A stretch of DNA of 64,000 nucleotides from Balanoglossus misakiensis (Eukaryota; Animalia; Hemichordata). Where the stretch lies: positions 5,426,209-5,490,208 of the forward strand of contig CM082592.2 in assembly GCA_040954595.2 (NCBI GenBank), read 5' to 3'. Below are positions 39,133 through 53,601 of the stretch, piece by piece; the stretch's first letter is position 1, and each line of letters opens with the position of its first letter. The notes below the pieces were generated by a model that saw only the letters and a list, made by a program, of their open reading frames with translations, was not told the origin of the DNA and made no database searches. Made by a program: the position numbers and the translations under genes.

Positions 39133-42100
39133 GCGGAATACTTTAGCGAACTCAGTCTGCCTGGTGGTCTACGCCTGAAATTGTCAATAAGCAGGTTGTG
39201 TGTGTGGCTCCGTGTATATATTCTGTATTTATAAAGTGGTTGGATTTCAGAAATAGCAGGCACAGGCACAGCCAAAGCGGACCATGGGTTCTCCAAGGCG
39301 ACAAAAGATTGTAATTTGCATTAATTGTGGTCCAATGGTTGATTGATCGTCGGTCGGTAATAGCTGATTAGTTCAAACCCTTTCACCCCCAGTTTCCTCT
39401 TTAGAGGTCCAGGCTTAGCATATATAAAATGATGGTTTTGGACTGAACCATTGTGGTGAAAGGGAATGGGTGATCCCCCCAGTGAGACTTTGCAGTCCTC
39501 GCGCTGAGTTTCTCGACTGAGACTGAACACTGATTGGAAGGAGGGTGGATGCGATCAGTGTACTCAAAGACATTTCTGTGGTGTCCTGCATTGTATCTAT
39601 CGCTGTTGTAATGATTCAGAGGAGCAAGAGTGTGCTTGTTGTTGTCACATGTTCACCCAGCAACTGTACCTGCCTGTGCTTCACGTAAAATGGTTCTGTT
39701 GATGTGCCAGTTTAAACAGTAGGAAATTCATCCCATCCGTGCCTGGTGTTTGCATGTCACACTTTAATATTAGGTTTGTACTCTTTACGCACACATTCCA
39801 CTTCGCAAACCCAGTTTGTTGTTTCCTCAGTTAAATATGCACCCAGAATTTGAAAGAAATTCCCCTAAAATGAGTTTTGTACCCATGAAACACTATCAGT
39901 CACCGATGGCGATATCACACCCGTTCACACCCACCAACTACGGGTGTTATACTCCCAAGATGTGCAACCTGACTACAGTGCCACCTGATATCAGCAGCGT
40001 GACCATTCCACAACCAGTATCACTTCAAGTTTGTCTTCCAAAAATTCTCAAACGATTGTATCTTATGCTGGGTCTTACCCAAGGAAAGAAGGGCAATGGT
40101 TGTGTTGTGTGTGCCCACTGTAAACCCATTCTCAAGATTCAAAACAATGTGGAGTAGGTAGTTCCTTATACTGTGTAGTACTGTATCCGACTGATGGTGG
40201 CCAGCATTTATGTCATACAGTTGTTGTGAACCGAGCTCCCAATTTCATATTTTTGTTAAATTTTCACTGAGGTTTGGCAAAATGAAATCGAGTACCTGGA
40301 CTGCTGTGGTCTTAACCAGAGAGTTTCTGGAACACTATAAAATGGCACTTCTGAGTGTGAGAATGTATCTCCCTGTGGAGTGTGAATTCAGAAAGGTCAA
40401 AGGTTGCAGTCACCTGTCAGGAATGCCAAGTTGTTTGACAGTGTAAATGACGAAGCCCATGTTTAATAGAATGCCAAGAAAACCAATATTCAAGTGAAGA
40501 GGGAAATTAAGAATATCAGTTATACCATGAAGTGCAATGCCTTTGTAAATAATGAAAAAACAGTTTGTGTGTTTGTCCGTTTAATTTCATTTCACTTTTG
40601 CTAAATCACATTTATGTAAAAAAAAAACAGTTATAGCATAACAGAATTATCATTTGTTGCCATGGATACTGGACATTTACACAGCAAGTGTTATCATTTA
40701 CCTGAATCCTTGTCATGATGATTGATCTGTGCAAAAATCGGGAGAAAAAATGGATAATGTTGATTTTAGTTTGTACAAAAAAAAAAAGATTAATGAACAA
40801 AAGTATCACATTTGTAGTGAATTTTAATTTCTTTTAAAAATGGCCGAACTGAAGGTATGCATCAGTGTGCCATTTTCCCTTGTATCATCAGGAAAGTAAC
40901 CAGATTTTTTGGGGTGAGATTTGGAATACATTAATAGTACAAATACAGTTCAGTGAAAGAGCGCGAGTAAACAGACCATCTTAAGACATGCTGAGTCAGA
41001 ATTTATTTGTGTACTTGGTACAAAGATGAGAAGCCTGGTCCGCATGAAATTAACCTGTGTAAAATCGAAATTGGGAACAGGAAACTATATTATAGAGCAC
41101 AGTTGTTATGTCAAGTCATTTGTTACTGAGATACATTAAAGGTGTATATTTGATGGAGATAAACAATGCCTGAATCAACAGCCAAATATTCCTGAATGTG
41201 CAATGAGCACTTATTTCATAATTAATGATCATCCTAAAATGAAAGCCATGATTTTTGAAAAACTGGTCATACTTAATATCATAGTGTGTTCAATTTATTA
41301 TGATGTCGAATAACACGTCATGTGTGTTGCTGACGGAATGTACTGTACTTTTTTAACGCTTGGTTTGATTTTTTAAAACATTGAGTTTGTCAAGTTTTAT
41401 TAATTTTTTTTTTAAACCAGCGAGAAGTTTCATTTTTTTTCCATTATATGAACTGATATTTTGTAAGATTTGTAATTATTTATTTCTAATGATTATTTAC
41501 AATGTGTTGTGTCGGTTTGTTTTTAGAAGCAAAGTGCCTTTGTCGAAAGAGTCTCTGCAATGCTGCACGAACGCAGAACGTAATAATTTGAAGAGATCTA
41601 AGTCCTGGTGACTGTTTATGTCGACTGTTCTCAACATGGCAGTTTTTGCCGGGCGCACATGGGTACACGCTTCGCAGATGTTCATCAATATTTTAGTGTT
41701 TACAAATATGGGGGGACTTGTGCATATTAACAGTTCCCCTTGACCAATGATGTAACTGGTTTAGCTGTCGACCCACTTACAAAGAGTGGTGTTTGCTGTT
41801 ATACTTAATCGAGGAATCACTGTTTTATTCTGTTAGAGGGCCCACACCAATGGTGACATGGGCTCGACCCCCATTCCTTAGTCGCGTGGGGCAGCCATCT
41901 TTTACACCAATTTATAAAACAAATGAACATCTGGGTTTCCAATTTATTGAAACGTTGGGATTTTTTGTGAGTCGTTGTGTAAGGCTGTTGTCTTTGTCCT
42001 TGCATATGTGATGAGTTCTTGTTCAGTTAGGGAAAAAATGAAACTATCACATTTTGACTAAATGTACACAATTATTCTGGAAAATTTGTGCATTTTTGAT

Positions 42101-43534
42101 GCAGATATTTTTCTTTAATCAAGTCGTTCGTGAAATGATGTAGAGGGCAGACAATTTCCTCCCCTGAAACGCGTTGTAGGCATTTTGGACTCTGGCAAAA
42201 TGCCAATGACCCCCCTTTTGCCGACTTGGGGATGGATGGGATGTACTCCTTGAAAAATGGGGGGATGTCAGGAGCCGAACATCTGGGAAACAAATGAAAT
42301 GTGCAATGTCATTAGCATAGGAATTTTATTGCAGGAAAACTTGTCACTTTGCAATTTATCAGACTTTTTGAAATAAGTGCACCTTTTTGTGCGACGTGTT
42401 GAAATCGACTGCAATGTTGGTGTTGTCGGTCCATTGGAGATGAACCCTTGCCAAAAGTGGAAGGTGTAGTACCCCATGTTTGAATATGGTACAACTTCCA
42501 CGAGCGCATTTTTGAACAGATACGAAAGTGGTGTTTTTACGTTCATTTGTGTGTACAGTATCCATGACCTGTTCAGATCACATGATAGACAGAGGGGTCG
42601 GTGAATTCCCCACACCATTCTTTCAGTAGTTCCTGCACCTTTATTCATGATTGTAGTTGGCCCAACATTGTACATACTCAAAACACATCGCTTTCCGTTG
42701 TAATTATTTTTCGGTCTACCAAAAAAGGCAATTGTGTCCTATCATGTTTTTTTGAATCTCAGCAAAGTTCTCATTCCTATTTTAATTAAAGTAACTTATG
42801 CAGTGGGCTTTAGTTTGAATCAAACATGATGTCATAGTAAATGATGCCGTAATCCGTACCATAATGAGGTAGTGGGGGGTTTAGAAACAAAACAGTAGAC
42901 TTGAGAGAAATTGAATACTCACCCTCCAATTATCAATCAATTTGCATACTGAGATTATTTTTATATGAAACTTTCTACCAAAATGATGTACTGTGACAGT
43001 GAATTGTAATCAGTGAAGAAACTGAAAAGATTGATAGCGCCCTCTAGAGACGAACTTTTGATAAAGCGCCCTCTAGTATAATGACAAACTTTGCAAGTTT
43101 TTAAAAAATTATATTCAATGCAGGTTTATGTAATGTGTTTATGGAATGTTGACTTTTAGTATGTTCATGGACTTCTTTGTGCCAGAGTTTCTTTTTTTTT
43201 TCTGTGTTTACAAATTTTGTCATGTAAATGAAAACAAATGTACAGTGTTTGGTCTACTGGCATGTGATGTAATTTTTCCTGTAATTCTGAAGATGATAGA
43301 GGTTTATTACTGTGTATTTTTGTTAATCAGTGGCAACGTGTATGTATGCATCATGATATCGTAGGCACTACGAGTTCTTAATTAGACGGAGAGGAGTTGG
43401 GTGATATACAGGCGAGTTCGGGGGGGACAAGCGAACCTGCCTGTGTTGTGTACTTTGTGTTTCAACAATCATTTAGACAGTGTTGTATAATTGTAAATAT
43501 AGTTGGATCTTCGATGGACAGAATTCAGAACCAC

Positions 43535-43540
43535 AATAAA
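43535..43540 (+). terminator. Probable distal USP32 polyadenylation signal
   Basis: AATAAA followed by a strong GT-rich downstream element (43584-43615). No other gene recognised between 39132 and this point. Confidence 0.5.
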
Positions 43541-43907
43541 AATGTGTCTGCATAAATGTAGGAATCACACACCTTTGACCCTAGTTGTGTGTTTGTTCTT
43601 GTGACTGTGTGTTTTTGACACTGACAAGTAGACACCAGAAATGACGAGTTCGCTTAATGTATTTACACCTGATTGCTTCTATTCTTCAAAACAATCACAA
43701 ATGTACAGAACAGATAAAGACAGATAAAAAATAGTCAACAGAACACAGGCAGGCATCCTCATATTGTTCACCAAAATCATGCATGAAAAAAGTAGACTGA
43801 TTAGATCTAGGGATTTAGAGGGGTGTGTGTGTTATCACCCACTAATTGCAATGAAAGAATCGCAGACAAAGGACGGACAGTTCCATTCAGGGAAAAACGG
43901 GGGGTGT

Positions 43908-45996
43908 TCAGTTTATGATGCTGAGCTCTTCCTGCTCCCTCCTCTCGGACATCTGCGTGAAGAGCCTGGAGAGGTAGTTGGCAAAGTCCCTCCTTGCTCC
44001 CTCCGCGTCCTCCTCCAGGTTGGTCTCGATGTGGGTGATCTTCGCGAGGGCGTTGGGAACGCGGGCCGTCGTCTGCGTGGATGAGGACGGCTTCCGGTGG
44101 CAGCACAGGATGCACTGGGAGTCCCTCAGACCCTGGCCCACGACGAATGACATGTGCCTGGCAACAAGACAAATGAACACACAAGATCAATCCTCAAGAT
44201 GAAAAGATTCTATAGGGGAGGTTTGTCTTAACCGCCATCTTGGAAACAGGGGGAGGGGGGGGGGGGGTTTGGAGGGGTACTACCGCAAGTACCCCTCCAA
44301 AACCCCTCCAGTTCTATCCCACAATGCACCTTGTTTCCAAGATGGCGGTTAAGACAAACCTCCCTTATAAGAACCCAGCTCATGGAATTTTTTTGCAAGT
44401 CAAGTTGTGTTGCAGGCACTATAGTTTTGAAACATTACTGCATCCAAGATTGTTTCCAGTGGAATTCTGAAACTTGGGGCAAAATACAGAAAAACATTTC
44501 CAAAACTTATGAGGTCTTCTATTCTATAAACCCACAAGATGGTTTCCAGAAATATACTTCTAGATACCCGCACCTCTGAATTGTGAAGACGCCTAATATT
44601 GAGCGTACTCACCACATTTCTAATTGTTTTTCATGACTTGGTTGATCAGGATTATACATAAGTATTACACCGTTGGTGTCCTTCATAAAAGCAGACCAGC
44701 ATGACTCGAATCTATGTGGGGGAAAAAATTAAACACACCAGGTAAGGTTTCACAGCAGTTATGGTATTCAGTTAGCAGCATTTTACAGTATCATTGAAAG
44801 GAACCAATGCCATTGTACTTGTGGTATGGATAATTGTAAGTACAGCAGTCTGGATGACATGATGACCATCTTTATATGTAATGACTAAGGTTATATCCAC
44901 TGAAGCATAATGCACATACCAGACAGAATACACAAGCATATAAGGGTCAGGGTTCATGGCACTACCACTATAATTTTGCTGCAAATTCCACCGTCCCTGG
45001 CAACAGAACTTGCAAACAGGATTGTACAACTTACTTTTGATTTCCACTGCAGTCCCACAATTCGACCTCAGCATTAACGTTCCTGTTGTTTACATTGAGT
45101 CCATTGCTCTCGTATTCCAATATTCTGAAAAGACAGTAGGCACATCACCTCACTTGGGATCAGTGATCACTATACTTTGATCCATGTGCCTTTCAACTAT
45201 CACACAGTTAACACTAGTTTAGTAGTTTCCTCAGTGGAATAATTATACTGAGAATAAGTTCTGAGATGGTTTGTGAGGATTAATTATTCATGTTCAATGA
45301 CACCTTTATACAGAGTGCTATCTGAGTCATGAAATTGATGAGTAGCACACCCAAATTATTTCAAATCAAGTAGAGTGGATAGGCAATCATTTTATGGGTA
45401 AACTGGGAATAATAGAGTGATGGACACAAATGTATATATCATTTGCTTGTTCTTACCTTACACCTTGTGTTGGGTGATATTCTCCTCCCGAAGTTTCTGT
45501 GGCATCAGCTAAGAAGTTGCTGATAGTGGTTTTTCCACTCTGAAAATCATGATTGAACAGATATGGGATTAAACGGGTGGTTAACTTTACTTGCAGCTGT
45601 GTGTTGCCATGGTTGGGAGTTTGAAGGGGCTGGGCTACAGTATAAGTTATGTATAGTCTTTCGCCGTGCCACCATACGGCACTGAAAATGTGTCCCCACT
45701 ATTGGCATGTCATGTTGTTTAGTTGATGAATACTGAGACACCGAATACTAAAATTATCCATCCGAACAACTGTCTCTAAGCAGATGTAAACAACTTGTGG
45801 GGGCAGCCATTTTGTGTTTGACGTTTGGCTGTCATGGACTCGGCAATGCAATCTGAATCACGCGGATATTTCGAATGATTCTTCGAAGACATTGAAAGAA
45901 ACATCTGTACCTTTTCAAGTTTAACCGTTCCCTAACCCGAAACAATTATCCACCTACCTCGCAAGGTCCAAGAACTAAGATCTTCGCTTTGTACAT
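43908..45996 (-). CDS. IFT22: Intraflagellar transport protein 22 (RABL5)
   Basis: Five exons: MYKAKILVLGPCE/SGKTTISNFLAD..EYHPTQGVR/ILEYE..ELWDCSGNQK/FESCWSAFMKDTNGVILMYNPDQPSHEKQLEMW/..TNLEEDAEGARRDF..MSERREQEELSIIN*. Collinear with human IFT22 as I recall it. Confidence 0.95.
44211..44369. mobile_element. Nested-hairpin MITE in IFT22 intron 4
   Basis: 33-bp perfect inverted repeat GGGAGGTTTGTCTTAACCGCCATCTTGGAAACA flanked by TATA on both sides; inner inverted repeat TTTGGAGGGGTAC / GTACCCCTCCAAA. Confidence 0.8.
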
Positions 45997-47071
45997 GACT
46001 GAATGTTACCGACTGATTTCACAGCAGTTCCGGTATGTGTGATAGCGCCATCATCGGTGAATCTTACCGGAGGAAAATTGTTTACTGCCACCATCAATAA
46101 CATGCTGGGAGTTCGTTTGTTTTTATGCCCCTATGTCGTGGCAAGCAAAAAACATTGTGGCCTGGCATAGATTTGACAGAATAAAGCAAACATGAATTTA
46201 CACCACAATCTGAATATTTACTTATCATATGTAAATGTTAGATCATTTGGCTGAGAAAGAAAAGTGTTTGTTCACAGAAGCCAATCCTTCCTAACCAGTT
46301 CCTCCACTTTCCTGCAAACCCAAACAAGATAACTTGAAAAAAGTCCAGCACACCAACGTTCGTCTTGATGTAGTCATATTTATTCTTGAATGTTACTTTA
46401 TCAATTACATGTATTACACTGACTGGGGTATCATTCACATAGAAGTCCAAACCTCCATATCAAGTGAAAACCTGTCGGATACACTCAAACATTTTGACCA
46501 GTCTCAGAAAGGTTCAGTCACCGATCAAACTTCACCACACAGGCTGGTGTACAATGCAATGAATATCAGGAGCATTACATTCTTGCATTCATTTTCAAAT
46601 TAAGCACATATGATACAGAATAACAGAACTAACACCAAAAGAGAGGAACTAAAAAACAAACTAGTGGGAAAATCATTGAAGGTGTAAACAAATGTTTACA
46701 CTCTGAAACTACAATATAGAAAACTATATTAGATACTGGTTTTATGTTTTGATAAAAATGCAATGTATAGATTTTTTTTAATGTTCAAGGTAGATTATGT
46801 AAAAATTTCAGGACGGATTTGGAAGAAATATTTTTTCTCCAAAATAAAAATCAATACTTGTCATGTGTAAACATTATCTGGCTTTGTGCCTGTATTAAAA
46901 TATGTACATTCCACTAATAAAAACACACAACTATTTACATAAAATGGCCTGAAATATTCAACAAATGCTGTTATTTCTATAATAAAATCAGCAGCAAAAA
47001 TGGACAGATTTTGCACCTCTACATGTTTGACCCATTCTCTAGCGGATCCTTTTTTTTTTATCACCATCTCA

Positions 47072-50000
47072 CTATGCCTCGTCCTCTGGTGGTTCACTTT
47101 TCTCAATTTTCGGTTTGACCAGGGCGTCGGCCGCCGACTCCCAGTGTTGCAATTCGATCTCGATCTGCACAGTCAGTGGTGGCTTTTCCGCCGGCTTCTC
47201 CTCGCCTTCCAGAATCTCGCTTTTCTGCGATTTGGCCGAACCGCCTTTCTTGTTCTTGCTGTCTTTCTTCTCCACTTTGTCCTTGGTTGCCGGCTTTTTG
47301 TCTGCAGTAGAGAAGTGAACGGCAGATTTCTGGTTAGACATCGTAAATACATGAACATTTACAAGCGATACTGTAATTTGCAGTGTCATACATGTATATT
47401 GACATTCATAGGACTTCCCTTGTGCCTAAACTCAACTCATGCAATGTGTATCTTCTTGAGGAAAAAAAATGCATGTTTTCATCATGTACATGTATACATT
47501 GTACCTATTTCACATTTTCATTTTTATATCAACTATACATTTTGTCAGTGGCAGTAAACAATGTCCCTCATGTCTGTTTCCCTTCATTATTCAAAATGGA
47601 GTAACAATGTCTACATTGCACATGTTAGAATCTCTGACCACTGATTGACATGTTCAGCCATTCACAAAAACACACTTTTGTGCAGAGAACTAAAATGGTG
47701 AACAATTAACCCTACAGAACCAGTTTAATTCTATTAATAAAAACACAAACTGTTAAAATACAAAATCTCACGACAGAGAAAACTCAAGTTAATATTGTAA
47801 GTAGATGTTAGTTGCACACAAACCTTTACCCTTGCCTTTGTCTTTGTCTGCTTTGACATCTTTCTTTTTGGTTTTGGGGGTCTCTCCTCTTTCTTTCTTT
47901 TTCTTCTTGTCCTGTCAAGAATGTTGGAATGATACAGAATGAATGAGTCTTTTCAATTTATGTGGGTCAATCACAACGTGTATGTGTGTTTGTGTAACAC
48001 AAATATTGGATAAGCTTAGAATTGTTTAGTTTTGTGAGCACACTCTAGTCTATAATGTGGCAGTATGCACTCCCACTTTTGGGTGTGTATTACACTCCTT
48101 GAAAATCACCTTTTTCGATATGAAGATTTTGGTTTGTTTCACTGCAAGTTACTGAACCAGCTTTGAGAACATGTGTGATGCTGCTGTTATCTGTCTGTGT
48201 GTTTGTAAACCTGCCTGCCAACCCCCTTCCCCCTTCCAGCCTGTAGATAGAACCATAAAATCTGTATCATGCCAATTTCTCGACCATACCTTTTTGCCAT
48301 GACTGTCACCCTCCTCTTTATTTTCCTCATCTTTGTCTTCCATTCCGCGGCAGGTGATGTTCTCCTCCAGGAAGTATTCTCCTTCAATGAAGTCATCCAA
48401 GTCTAGTTTGTACGTTCCCAGCAGTGTGATTTCCGGTGGTAGACTCTGCATCTCCACGTCCGGTTCCCCTTTCTTTTTCTTCTTTCCGTCTTTCCCATCC
48501 TTGCCTCCCTAAAATCCATACAAAAAGCCGATTAAAGCCACCCTGGCTGCAAATTTTTACAATATGTTGGCAATTTTCAGTTTTCATGTTTTGGGTGTAA
48601 AGTACACCGCTGACAACTCCTTGGCGATTTTTTTCCATACCTTGTCTTTTCCTTTGTCTTTATCCTTGGCATCCTTCCCTTTCCCCTTTTCCTTGTCTTT
48701 GCCGTCTTTCTCACTCTTCTTGTGACTTCCTTCCTCTTCTGCTGGGAAAGACAGGACCTGAATGAAAACGCAGAGTAAAAATAATGAAAAAATTGTTAAA
48801 AGTTACAGCTACTAGACCTCAAACAACATGGGTTTCCAGATTATGCAGGATTCAGCTTTGACAGATTTCGAGTTTAGACAGGTTTCAGTTCATAAACAAA
48901 ATTTGACAGTGAAATATATTTCAACTTCAACCCTGTGACTCAGAAGCATACCGGTACTTCCAAATGACATCATAGGTCACCAGTGGGGTCAGGGTGCAAA
49001 GGTTAACCATCTCTCACCTTTTCTTCTTTGACTGAGAAGTTCATTCCTCTCTTGAAGTACTCCTTGAGAGCCGGCAGGTCGTCCACGGTAATCTCCAGCG
49101 AGTAGTTGAACTCGATGCCCTCCTCGGCCCACGGGAGACCCTCCGTCCTGGCCGGCGCTAGTTTGAGCCCTGGGGGGTTGACAGGGGTTTCAGTAATGAT
49201 TGACGGAACGACAGAGTCCTCGCGTTGTTCGTCAACCGCGGTGACGAAGGTGGCGCTTTCATTGTAGGTGTAGTCTGATAGTTTGTCAGGTTTATGTCGA
49301 GCAGTGTCACATCGAAAAAAAGGGAAGCAGACGACAGAAGACGACAGAGCAGAATACGGCATGCACCATGCACGAGTGCGACCAAAACGATGTGGGGGAA
49401 AGGGGAAAGAACAGAACGAGAAAAGAAAATGACAAATAACAGCAGTGGATAAAAATACACAATACGAGAAATCAAAATTGACCACTACAATAGATAGCAC
49501 AACATCAATTTGTGTCTTTCTTGGATTGAAACTCAACCTTAGGAAAAACAATTTGAACATTGCACGTAACAGGTAACTATCCAAACAGAATACGTAATAA
49601 TAATAAAATACATAACAACATGCACATATAAAACTACATGTACAACAGCAGTAAGAAGTACAACAGATTATGATGTATGTGGATGGTGAATATCTGTAGA
49701 TTGTGGTGTGTAATAGCTATTATTCCATTTTGCTGCATGTCTTTTCTTGATACACTCAATCGCCAAAAACATTTAGGTTAACAGTGGATATCAGAGTGTC
49801 ATTTAAATCAACACAGCTTTGTGACACATCTGAGATTTTCACGTGTGTTACATGGATGATGTCTAAAGATCTACAAAACACAGCCAACAGATATTTCTGA
49901 AATCCTTGAGGATCACTTGACTACAAAGCAGGGGTGTGCAGCACCATCAACATGTGAGGGGCCAGCCACACCACCCTTACCTGCCAGTGCAGAGTCCCCC

Positions 50001-53000
50001 ATCATCCGAGCTTCACTCCCCACGGCCGATGGTCCCCTCTCGCTGCCCTCCCAGTCCGCTGTGCCCGCGAAGTCGTCTATCTGCTGGGAGGTGGCGGGTG
50101 TCTCGTTTTCATGAGGGGTGCGTGGAGGGCCACTCAAAGCTGGCGAAGCACTCTGAAACAAGAAAAAACAGAAACATGATTTTTTATGTACCATACTACA
50201 CGAGATCGTGTTGCTATCTTTTGATATAACTTGGACACTACCAGAGGCTGCAAGTGTTCTGCTTATAAATATTTGCATAAATGTCCCTGCCGACACTTTG
50301 TGGTTTCAGCAGTGAACTCATTTCTGATTTACCTCGTCCTTGACAGCTTCCGAGTCAGCTTCGGTTTTGAATCCCGTGGGCGGTGGACTGGGAGGCTTTG
50401 GCAAGGCGCTCTCCAGGAAATCATACTCCACGTAGTACTTCCGGTCAACTATGGGAAATTCCGGCTGCTCTTCGGGATTCTAGAGAAAAACGTGAGAGAT
50501 TTCTGACGTCGGTACATTCCATGTTTGCATGCAAAACATAGTGGTCTCCTTTTTTTTCTTCAAAATGTATAATTTTGGTCTACATCTGTAGTTTACTGGT
50601 AGCCTGTCCATCCCTATCCCTACCACAACTTTGGTACAACCCCATTGTTTTCAATGGTGTCTGGGAACCGACAAATACAGGCAATACGGGGGTGAGTGTG
50701 TTCACCAAACAGATCAAGTCTGCCCAAACTATGACAAACAAATCACCAAAACAGATGCACAGTCCCAGGTGTAAGGGGGTCAAAGGTCGTACCTGTAACT
50801 CTTCCGGCATAGGTACTCCCTTCACAATGTGAATAACGATGGTTAATCTGGCTTCATCCAAGATAAACTCTGAAAATTAAATTTAAAAACAAAACAGTGA
50901 CATATATAACTAACGTGGTCATAGTGTTCTAGTATGTGAATTTTTCACAAACACACAATTACTTATAATAGTGAGAAAAAAAATCATGTTATCGGTAATT
51001 AGCACGATGACAGCAAAATCTTACCTTTTCTTTTGGAAAGTCCTCTGAAGTGATGTCTCTCATCAGCAGTCACCCGAAAATCATCCAGCAGCGATAACTT
51101 CTTCAGGCTATCAATGACAAAACCCCGGTAGCCTGGTATAAACTGAAAGGAAAAAGACAAAATACATTTTAACACTTTTGCATGTGACCCAAAGGAGACC
51201 TACCAGGTACATGTATGTATGACGTAATTTAGACATTTCTTCCAAATCGGGTCTCCATAGGGCTGACCTATCACCACCATATTGTTTTCTATGATACGGT
51301 TGGACATCTAAAAAGGGAACTGGGGGGGGGGGGGTGAAAAGGGTTGAGAGTACATCACAAAATATACTCACCGCTAATGGATTACCCAGTAACACTAAAT
51401 TTCTCAATTTCGGTAAAGTCTGCAGTTTCCGGACGACATCTATGAGGTCGCAGAGGTCGTTGTGACTCAGGTCGAGTGAAAGCAGATGTGGCCTGAGAGA
51501 GGTCAGAAACAGAAACGACTTGAGTGACTATTTCCCTAGGGAAATATACTAGTAGTCCCTAGTACCTGTTCAATGTACGTGCACAAGTTCATATCTTGAA
51601 AGGAGCATGCATTGTGTCATAAAACACATATTGCCTGGCCTATTTTCAAACTATAGCACCGGTTAGTGTTAATACCCCTCGTGAGTGAGAGATACCAGAA
51701 TTGCAAGCTGTTCTGGTATTAAACTCAGATGCTACAGCCCACAAGATCAGGCAATATTTGTTCACTGTAGCATGTGGTGCTAGAGAACCTTGTACAATAC
51801 ATGCAGGAACAACAGATGTACCAGTAATTTTTTTAATGGCACCGGCGGCCTGGAATAACGGGGTTTTTTGTCGAGTCGCACTTACCAGTAGCTGAATGTT
51901 ATAAAATCATAAATGGCTGACAGTCGGTTGAGTCCCAAACCTAAATGCAACAGTGGTGGTGGCTTTTCGCATAGTGATGTCAAATCACTTATTCTATTTG
52001 CACATAATTCTAGAACCTGAAAAAAAACAGAATGCAAACTTGGTATCAAGAATACACTCAGACAAAAAAAATTAACAGTTGATGCTTTCTTGTAATCTTT
52101 CATATCTTTTAATTTTGTTACCCTGTACGTTATCCCCGATAAATAACATATATAAAACTTTAATGCAAACTTTTGTGTTTTAACAGGATTTAACCACTGC
52201 AATTACTTCTAAAAGCAAGTATTGATGATTCGCTTACCTCAAGTGTGGATGGAATGTTATTCGAATCAATTGTTTCCAAATAATTGCAACTCAAAGCAAG
52301 TTCTTTCAGGTTCTTGAATTTCAGTAATTCTGGATCTATTTGTGATACCTAAAAAAGAGAGCAGAATAACATTACATGTATACAACAGTAGGTGCCACCC
52401 TATCGTATTCAGATAGAACATTTGGCTGCGTAAACTTATTGGTCATTAAAATTCATGTCAAATACACTTACCTTTTTGTCGATAATTCTCAGTGTTTTAA
52501 AGTGTTTGTAAATGAATTTTTCGTCGATCAACCACGGCGACTTGATGGCTATATCTCGCAGTTCCTTCGCCTCATTGCTCCAGCTCGTGTCCACGTTATA
52601 CGGGGAGTGTTTTGACGAGAAGTATTCTTCGAGGGTTTCTTCCTGTTCTTGCTGGGCGCCGTAGTCTGGTTGCATGACAGAAGGTTGAACGTAAATATGT
52701 GCAAAGTATAACTTTTGGCGAATATGCCCAAACATGCAGTTGACACCCCAATGAACGCAACATCTTCATCTGAATGCACTGAACGCAAGAGGAACTTTAA
52801 AAAGTAATATGTAACTGAATTGCTTTTAAAGCCCCAATAGCTGCCACTTTTACTGTTTTTTTATTGATAAAATACTTCAATCTTCTCCTTATACTAAGTT
52901 TACTGTGAAGACATGTTTTGAATTTGTGAAGTTTCCAATTTGCATACGCGCATACCATGATAATGTGAACTCTTGAAATTGGTGGTTGAATAAACGGGTA

Positions 53001-53601
53001 TGGCACCTGTTTATAAATTCACATAAATGACTGCAATACATGTATTTATAATTTAAAAAATTATCAGATCTTCAGATATACCCACCTTTAAGTGTGACAG
53101 AAAAACGGTTGGCCGGCAGACTTTTATCTTTTGACGTCCTCTAGTTTATTAGAAATTAAAAAAAAAAAAGATTAATTACAGGAAAGAGACAGTAAACTTT
53201 TTGATTTCTTCATTGGGCTTGAAGGTGTTAAATGGGGCATTTTTTGTATATTTACATAAATTGTAAGTGGTAAACTGCTTCTTTGTTTAGCTGTATGTAT
53301 TTACATGTAACTGCAGAGACGTTCACCACCAACAAATTGCCCTTGATCACAAAAAGGAGCCGAATCTAGATGTTTTGCAGAGCTTTGGCACACTGCGCTC
53401 CGGATTTAGGTGGGCAACGATTGGTCAGTCACCTGTGTATGTATATCACCTGTGGACAAGATATAAACAGATAGTAGTAATTTCGTCAATGGAAGATCTT
53501 CTTACCCATGAACCGATACCACAGGGGAACTCGTTTAAGCACAGCGTCCTTAGCTGAGACTGAAATGCTGAAAATGCTTCTACATTATCAGCTGTAGCCA
53601 T
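47072..53601 (-). CDS. LRRC43: Leucine-rich repeat-containing protein 43
   Basis: Exon 1 MATADNVEAFSAFQSQLRTLCLNEFPCGIGSW; SKHSPY..LRDIAIKSPWLIDEKFIYKHFKTLRIIDKK; LRRs (VLELCANRI, LLHLGLGLNRL, LRNLVLLGNPL); Lys/Asp-rich C-terminal exons; PPLTVQIEIELQHW. Some internal junctions are approximate. Confidence 0.88.

Noticed and set aside
42072-42681. Minus-strand ORFs of 73-137 aa after USP32
   Set aside because: No recognisable domain or exon chain; the region is probably 3'UTR.
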